A stretch of 60,999 nt of DNA, filler included, from Porpidia crustulata (taxonomy: Eukaryota), in NCBI GenBank assembly GCA_964255105.1. It is 8 parts of 8 records of this genome, joined end to end, with 100 filler letters (N's around TTAATTAATTAA, not from the genome) between each part and the next. Parts side by side here need not be neighbours in the genome. Positions count along the whole stretch, not along the records: positions 53,483 to 60,999 come from CAXUWE010001302.1; 7 more parts are not named here. One strand, given 5' to 3'. The notes beneath the pieces were generated by a model. It was not told the DNA's origin. It ran no database searches and was given only the letters and a program-made list of their open reading frames with translations. The position numbers were made by a program, and so were the translations under genes. This document shows, in pieces, positions 53,502-60,999 of the stretch (its first letter is position 1; the number at the start of each line of letters is the position of its first letter).

Positions 53502-56301
53502 CTAGACCCTCTCATCAGCCCAAGGCGACTGTCCGCCATTCTGCCCGGCACCATCACGTCCTGCGCTATCCCCCGCCTCCCCATCATCACCGCTTCCCTG
53601 CCCACCACGCTCGATCCGCCCTTTGGCGACCCACATCTCCTCCAAGGGAATAACCAAACTCGGATTGACGAAGCGCAAACCCGTCACGTCGTCCTCGTCC
53701 ACGGCCCTACCCCGGTCCGTCTCGGCGTCGTACCGCGACTCGACCGACTCGACCGCGCCTTCCTCCATCGGATCGCCGAAGCCGTCGCGCTCGGCGCGGT
53801 CCTCGCGAGCGGCGGCGCCTTCTTCGCGGTAGAGGCTGCGCAGGGCGATGAAGCGCATCAGGGGTTCGTAGGTGCGGTTGTAGAAGAAGATGAACCAGAT
53901 GGTGGCGGCGACCAAGGGGACGACAAGGATGGAGCGTTTGATGGCGAGTTTGAGGGCGAGGACGCCGGCCATGGCGAGCTGGAAGACGACGAGGCCGACG
54001 ACGATGCGGTTGCAGATGATGGACCAGGCGCGGCCGGTCGAGTGCTGACGGTGGTCCATGGCGTAGAGGAGTTGGTATTTGTAGATGAACCCGCCAAGTA
54101 GGAAGTAGACGAGGCCGAAGAAGAGGACCAGGAAGGAGCCGGGGAGGACGCTGTAGACGGTGCAGATGATAAAGATGAGGATTGTTTGGGGGAGGAAGAA
54201 GCCGTAAGAGAACACGGGGGGTTGGACGAGCTCGGCATAGTCGCGAGGGGTTTTGGCGCCGATGAGGTTAATGGGGTATAGGAAGACGGAGCCGAATTCG
54301 AGAAGACGAAAGGGTAGGAGGCCGAGACCTTGGAGGATGATGAGGTTGGCGTAGAATTGGGCAAGGTCTTGAATCGATTGAGCGAGGATATAGAGAGTGC
54401 TGGTGGTGTCTCTGAGAGAGCCGCTTATGCGATCGAAGAAGCCCGCAGCTTTGGAGGTGGTACCGAAGACGGTGAAGAGGAGGAAGAGATTAAAAAAGGT
54501 GAAAAAGAAGTTTTTGGATATGAGGGAGAGCTCGATTTCGCCTTGGGAAATCATTCCTTGCAGGTTGGAAAGCCCTGGAATCAACGTTAGAGGTGATTAC
54601 TGATGGTCGAGGGGAGCTTACAGAAGTAGAGATAAGGGACAGCAACGTTTAGTAATGAGATAACAAGAGTTGGCAACCCCGTTTGAACCAGGCTGCTCAC
54701 AATCTTGTGGCTTCTGAGAGCAACTGCAAGCTGTGGCCATACCTTCTCTATAGACTCTATACTCAGCAAGCCAGCCAAGGGGACTAACAGCACCGACCAA
54801 AAGACGGTAAGGATGGCAATGACCAAGGTGATTGACCATGCCCGCAACATCCTATTCGATCGCGGTAGGTATGTGTTTTGCCATATGACATCCGAAGGAG
54901 CAGGAGATGGTTTGGCTAGTAGCACCATCGGCTCTGGATCCATTGTTGCTTGTACAGCCATTTGCTAAATACGTCAGTCATTTAATGGAGAATGGGTGGA
55001 GTGCTCACGCAGGCGGCAGTGGAATCCAGAGTTACGAAAGCCAATGGGGTAGGCTTATATTCCTTCTTCCGCGCCGATTTGATCTGTTCGTCGAATTTTC
55101 GCAGTTGCTCCTCATAATAGTCGATGGCGTCGATGAGTCGGCTTTGCAGACCCAAAAACCCATACCATATCCTCGTCATAGGTCGGTCCTGAGCATATGG
55201 AGTTACATGACTCTGATCATTGGTGTCTTCATCCAGGAGCGGCGATTGCTCGTAGTCGCCATTTGAAGCAGGTGGTTGCACTCTACGTAGCGATGCTCGA
55301 TGGCTTTTGCTCCGTGTATACCCCAGATGCACTGTCCAAGCCTCCTCGAGCTTTCTCAAGACACCCATCCTCTTCTCCATCAGGTCGTCCAACTCCTTCC
55401 AATTTCTACACAACATCACGCTGTCGACTTTGCCGATTCCCAGGTTTTCCACGGTTTCCTTGATCTTCTCTTCTGATCGAAGGTCTTCAGGTATTCCCGA
55501 AAGTCGGATAGTTCGATCCGTGATTGTAGACTGGCTTCCGAGGAAATTCTGCCGTATGCGAATAATCTTCTTTGTGTTGGTGACTATAAGATACAGCGCC
55601 AGCCCCGTGAAAAGATACACAAACGCGACATACATCCACAGGAAGTCGGTTGGTGGCGTCAAAAGCCCTTGCCAGAAATCATTCGGTGGCTGTTCGCCGT
55701 CGTCCTGAAGTATAAGTGATCTCCCAGACGCATTTATATATGATGTACTATTGGCGTCCGGTTCGGTGCCGTTGGTCGAAAATCCCCAATTTCCAGTAAA
55801 ATGGATATGTACAGGCAATATCACCGCGAGCGAAAAGAAGAGTGTAACGGCCAGAAATTTGATGGCCATGCCGAAGAATTGGAGAAACTCAAGCATACGT
55901 CAGTCATGTAAAGCCGATGCTTAATGGGCGTACGTACGACAAAGGCATCGAGACCAGCCGACGCCAAAATTTCTTCCTCTGTAATCCTGTAGAGTACCGG
56001 TATCCACCCGAAGAAGGAGTCTGGTAACTCTGGTAATTGCGCTGCGGCATTCTTCTGCCTTTTTCGGGCGGCGTACAGGCCCGTCCATCTTGGTCGTAGA
56101 AACTACATCAACAAAAATCATGAGTTGAGTGTCCACGGACAGAGTGATTGGGGCAAGACGTACGCAGAATGTGAGGAAAGCGATCAGACCCAAGGCGATG
56201 GAGACGACCAGCTGAGTCGTGATATCTCGTTGGTTCTCGTCCGGGGCTAGAGGATTCTTGGGATTGGTGTCATTTCCTTCCATCGTCCAGGCCGAAGCCA
56301 T
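53502..56301 (-). CDS. CSC1/OSCA/TMEM63 (DUF221) calcium-permeable stress-gated channel, 5 exons
   Basis: LRPRW..LYAAR, SAGLDAFV, TDRTIRLSGIP, DAIDYYEE, AFVT, APSDVIW.N, KYQLLYAMDH.QHSTG. Confidence 0.93.
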
Positions 56302-56644
56302 TATTGTATTTCTTGGATTGAGAGAAGTATAGTCATGGATCTGGAAAGGGTAGAGAAGAGTAGAATTACCCAAGAACAGTGGGGATCGAAGTCTAGGCGG
56401 AGCGCGTTGCGGCGTCTGCACAATGACGAGCAGACGGTTAGAGCTAAGACTTGTGGCAATATAGGCATAAGGCTAGTGAGGATGGCATTGTAGTCGGTCT
56501 TGAATTCTATGGCACTAAAGCCGCTCAGAGAAAAAGGTAATCCACCATTCACTGGTATATCAGAGGATCGAATTGTAGAATGCGTTTGTTTTAGTCTTCA
56601 CACTCAACTCATTTGTTACTGTATTCAACTCTCTGGAACTTACA

Positions 56645-58447
56645 ATGCAACTCACAACGTCCACAGCTGGCGTTGCCCAAGCCAAGCCGATCTTGCATGT
56701 CGAGTGCTGTATCTACGCTGCCCTGGACATATCACAAAGTATTGTATGCATGGCCTACTTGACATTTGAGATGTATAGTCTGATGGACCTTTGTTCGTGC
56801 AGCTGGCCGACAGCATCATTTCTTGGCTGAAAAGGAATTTCGTATCGGTGGAGCTCAAGCAAAGGTTCTCTACTTTCTGTTTGTCGTCCTGAATTACCAC
56901 ATGACCCTTTGATTGGTAACCTGCTGATGAATCTGCTCCAAAGCTGAGCTTGAACACGCCAAAAAGATCGAGTACCTTGCGATAGCAGACATCACCATCA
57001 GCGTAGATCCAACGCCGATTATTCTTCTCGAAGATGTTGAGATTGAGATTGGCATTTTCCAATTGCATCCTGATTCGATCGAGATTCTTCCAGCAATCGT
57101 TCCAGCGCAAAGTAATGGGAATGATGTGACTATGAGTGATGGAGACATAGAGCCACAGGTTAAGGTCACACATCTACCTAATCGAAGCTTAGATGGTATC
57201 TGGGAATCGTTAGTCTCTAGGGTCCTTCTTTCTGTCATCGACGTCAGGCTTACTGTGAGTAGGCTAATCTTCGAAGACCCCATTCCCTCTCGGCTGCTGA
57301 GGTTTAGCATACGCATGAGTACGTATTCACATCATTGAAGAAGCGATGGTACTCAAAGTCCTTCAGTCTCTTTGTGTTCACACTGTTCGAGCAGAACAGC
57401 CACTCTATGGAACCGAATTCTGCTCCTTTATGGGTCTCCTGGAACGGGAAAGACCAGCCTCTGCCGTGCTCTCGCGCAACAATTATCAAAGCGTCTTCAT
57501 CAAGAGTATCCCGTTTTCAAACTTGTTGAGTTTGATGCGCACTCGCTTTTCAGCAAGTACTTCAGTGAGAGTGGTAAGCTTGTGAGCGCAGTCTTCAAAA
57601 AGATTGAAACCATGCTTGATGAAGATGGTGGTGGCAACTTTGTCTGCCTATTTATCGACGAGATAGAAAGCCTTGCAAACACGAGGCAGTACTCAACCAG
57701 CAGCAATGAGCCGCGAGATTCCCTTCGTGTACGTACCATTGATGGTTCGCTTTCTTTGTGAAGAGTGCTAATTGAAATCCACTAGGCCGTCAACGCTTTG
57801 CTGATTGCACTTGATCGACTCCGTAATCGGCCCAACATCCTCATTCTTTGCACCAGTAATCTCATAAAAGCCATGGTAAGCAACAGCGCATTTGTCATGA
57901 CCTCGGTCTGATATGTCTAGGATCCTGCATTTCTAGACAGAGTCGATATTAAACAGTTCCTGCCGGAGCCATGCGTTCAAGCGAGATATGCAATACTCCA
58001 GACGACATATCTCGAGCTGTCCAAATGCGGCGTCATTGCCCCTATTCATCACTTCGCAGAAGACTTTGAATGCATCCACACCGGGGCAGTGGAGTGCGAA
58101 TCGCCAGACACGCTTCTAGAAGGTCACGGCTCTCATATCGTTGACGATAGGACACTTCCGTCCCATGACATTGTACAGATGTACCTCGGGACTGAGGAAG
58201 AATCTCTGCCGCAACGACTATGGAATATTGCTGAGAAAAGCAAGGTACGATGTAGAATGTTTGCGAATTTGAACGAGAACTATGCTTATATTGATTTCAG
58301 GACTTGAGCGCTCGAACGCTGCGACGTTTACCGGTATTGGCTTTGGCTCTGCACACCAGGAAAAACCCTTGCTCAATAGACGAAGCTATCGACGCACTTT
58401 CGCAATCTGTAGATGAGGAAAGTCTGATCAAAGGAATGATAGGGTAG
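56645..58447 (+). CDS. PCH2: Pachytene checkpoint AAA+ ATPase Pch2/TRIP13, multi-exon; start approximate
   Basis: LP...[92 protein letters not shown]. Confidence 0.9.
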
Positions 58448-58613
58448 AGATACAGTAGGGGACGGGTTTCGATGCTTGGAGCGCACTTTGCTATTTTAGG
58501 CTATCCTGTTCCGATCGCTGGGTCGTGTGGGTCTAGTACGCAGCTTTACCGCAGCTACTTCGAGCGAAAGCCATGATCATGCTAACTTTTGATCCTGTAG
58601 CTATTGAAGGCGA

Positions 58614-59669
58614 TCAATTGACCATCATTAGTGCCTTTAATCTTCCGCCTTCGGAATAGTCGTTGTGCAATACTTCTTCCCGCTTTACGCCCTTGTTGTG
58701 TTTTTGCCCGTTCGATCTATGCTCCTGACTTGGGGAGTCCTGCTCTTCCGGGGCTTCCACGAACAGAAGTTTGTACGCGGTTTTCCCTTCAAGTCGCCAG
58801 CCATGCTCTAACCATTCCGCTCGCTCCTCCTTGTCTAGATCCAATGATTGGCCTTCTGGACGAGTCTGTATGATCAGTTCATACGCACCCGCGGTTCGGG
58901 CGACTTTCTCCGCCAGTCCAATATCTTTTGTGTAGCCAATGGTCAACTTTTTGACGCCGGTCATTTTGCCGAGGGCTTTTGGGATGCAAGCGTAAACATT
59001 GTTGGTTGAGTTTGAAAAGATCTCCTCGGCGAAATAGAAGCTCTCATTCGGTAGATCCCATATGTCGCCCCCGTCCACCCCAGGAAGATACACGGCCAGA
59101 GAGTTGAGGTCTTGATTGGCGACGAGAAGACTGAGAGTTCGAATGATAAGCCTGACAGTCTTCTGCTCAAGCTGCTGCACAACGGAAATCAATTGCTCGC
59201 GTTGTTTTTGGATCTCTTTTTCATGCGAACCTTGCATGTCCTCTATATTCTGCAAAATAGCATGGATGTTGCCCCTGCCGGCCTCGATAGCCACCCCGTA
59301 GGCCCAGCCAATTTCAAGATCACGAATGGCGCGTCTGTTCCCCTCACCGATGTCAAGAAGCCAGTAAAAGACATCGTTGTTGTCTTCGGCGTAGAGAACG
59401 ATATTGTTTGCGCCGTAGAAGACTGGAGATGCTTCGTGATGGATTAGACGACACGTCCGAAGGAAGCGGGAGTTTGTCGGCTTTACCCTGGCTGTGTCAC
59501 TCCCGTAGACGAGCCCTTTCTGGCGTGAGTCGGCAATCCAATCGCTGGGTGGGCCAGAGTCGTAATCGTGCGGTGCCTCTCTGGATAAGCCAAGCAGTCG
59601 GCGATCGGGTTGTTGGAATAGATGTCTATAGATGATCAGGCGTACTTCGGCCGAGAGTGAGAGAAGCAT
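58614..59669 (-). CDS. Hypothetical protein with an F-box-like N-terminus
   Basis: 351-aa intact ORF with LLSLSAEVRLIIYRHLF and FLRTCRLIHHEASPVFYGAN. Confidence 0.8.
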   Translation of the reverse strand: MLLSLSAEVRLIIYRHLFQQPDRRLLGLSREAPHDYDSGPPSDWIADSRQKGLVYGSDTARVKPTNSRFLRTCRLIHHEASPVFYGANNIVLYAEDNNDVFYWLLDIGEGNRRAIRDLEIGWAYGVAIEAGRGNIHAILQNIEDMQGSHEKEIQKQREQLISVVQQLEQKTVRLIIRTLSLLVANQDLNSLAVYLPGVDGGDIWDLPNESFYFAEEIFSNSTNNVYACIPKALGKMTGVKKLTIGYTKDIGLAEKVARTAGAYELIIQTRPEGQSLDLDKEERAEWLEHGWRLEGKTAYKLLFVEAPEEQDSPSQEHRSNGQKHNKGVKREEVLHNDYSEGGRLKALMMVN

Positions 59670-60005
59670 GACGTCCCAGTAACATCATTCGAGCAGGAAA
59701 GGGCAATGCAGCTCATTTGACTCTTCTGTTGCTTCTTCATGCATGATTATTTTGAGAGCGAGAAATGGAAGAAACAAGTTCTGGCGGCTCTCCTCTTTTT
59801 AAGATTGTAATGGCGGATGCAGGGTCCCGAATAGTGCCAACCTGAATCGCGATCAACAACGTGATCTCGATTTCTTTGAATAAACAGACAATACCGTACG
59901 AGCCACCATTCCATCTGGCGCGTAATTAAAACATGCTGGTTCCCGATGCCAGAGGTCAGCTCGTGAGCCATACTGGCCGGAAACCTGTAATGGTAAAGCG
60001 AGATC

Positions 60006-60999
60006 TACTCGTAAAAACCCCCCAACGGTCCGACCCCCCGACGGTCCGCGCGAAGCCCTAGGGTTAGGATTATGGAGATATAGCTAGTGTTCGCACTAAG
60101 AAGTCTTTCAATTTTCAATTAAATACTATTATTCATTTTGTTGAGATATATGATGGGCTGACTTAGGGTGAAAAGGGTTGTTGTGGATTGAGTCGGTCTA
60201 GCTACGTGTCTATATATCGGAGATCAGGTGATCTTACTAGCGTAAGCACCCCGAACACCTAGTCGTAGGACCTAGATGCTCTGTTTTCAACACATTTACT
60301 AAATCATTAATAATCGTTAAATCAGTACTCGAGCGCTTTCGAAGATTAATTATTAATTTTTAAAGCGATTAATAAAACGTTTAGACATAATGCTTTATCT
60401 GAATTTTATATGTATAATCTGTTGAACAGGTAGGGTGACTGTCATAGTATTGCTACTGAATAACGTACAGAACTGGAAACTTGAGTGGCCAGGTGGTCAC
60501 ATAAGACAGGGGTAGGGCAGAGTCCTACCACTACGTAGTAGATCCAATCCATCCATTCACACCAACTAGATAATGAGGAGGTTAGGCCTTCGTCCTACCG
60601 CACTTTTCAACATAATCTTTCTTTTAGATTCGAGTATTAATTAACATGATAAATCATTTTATTAACTTCTCTTTCGCTTAACGAGTTTTTTGAACAAACG
60701 AAGACTTCGATTTTAAACGTCGTTAAAACGATATCATGTAACGGTTGTTCTAATAACAACACAATGTTAGCACCCACTAGCCCAGACTATGGAATACGCC
60801 TAGGTTGGGGTATTCGGGACACTGCTCAGACCGCTCAGTGGACTGAGCACCCTGAGCAGGCGTTGCTCATTAGGATCAGTGGACTGAGCAACATGAGCAG
60901 ACGGCTCTTAGCACGATTCTCCTATGTCTATATAATGACGGTCGTTTCCTTAGATAGGAGCTTCGTGCTCAACTCATGTAATAGTCAATACAATCAGTT
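60006..60999. mobile_element. AT-rich degenerate transposon remnants (pogo/Fot1-like terminus at 60006; palindromic repeats at 60822-60903)
   Basis: No ORFs and TpA-rich tracts. TACTCGTA is followed by a 16-bp tandem repeat ACCCCCC(A/G)ACGGTCCG. TAGCGTAAGCACCCCG occurs near 60238. Confidence 0.5.

Noticed and set aside
60822..60903. CRISPR-like array
   Set aside because: Only two abutting units, no spacers, no cas genes, eukaryotic context.

Overview
This is intron-rich nuclear DNA of a filamentous ascomycete (Pezizomycotina; lineage not determinable from the sequence alone). It is not one locus. Eight unrelated contigs (7546, 7545, 7544, 7543, 7543, 7539, 7522 and 7517 bp, in decreasing length) are joined by artificial 100-bp linkers (44 N + TTAATTAATTAA + 44 N), so adjacency across linkers means nothing. 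Housekeeping genes without visible lesions: CDC45, class III chitin synthase, UBC12, a WKF-domain protein, PDI-family TigA, HSBP1, MRPS8 (partial), Nif1/Dsf2-like SEL1 protein, mitochondrial IF-2 (partial), CSC1/OSCA channel and PCH2. Accessory genes: fructosamine-kinase-like protein, a divergent 10-intron threonine synthase, PhyH dioxygenase, an F-box protein and several hypotheticals. Five accessory genes carry premature stops or frameshifts (MFS, P450 relic, FAD oxidoreductase, Pth11-like, F-box/LRR-like), and there are MITE-like and other transposon-end remnants. The best leads are recurrent C-rich-to-G-rich strand-skew switches inside genes near contig breaks, a RanBP2-type zinc finger in mitochondrial IF-2, a lone Trp-to-TAG stop that could be an A-to-I editing target, the threonine synthase paralogue, and TIR elements carrying telomere-repeat seeds. 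I see no clearly novel multi-gene system. Exon boundaries were read by eye.
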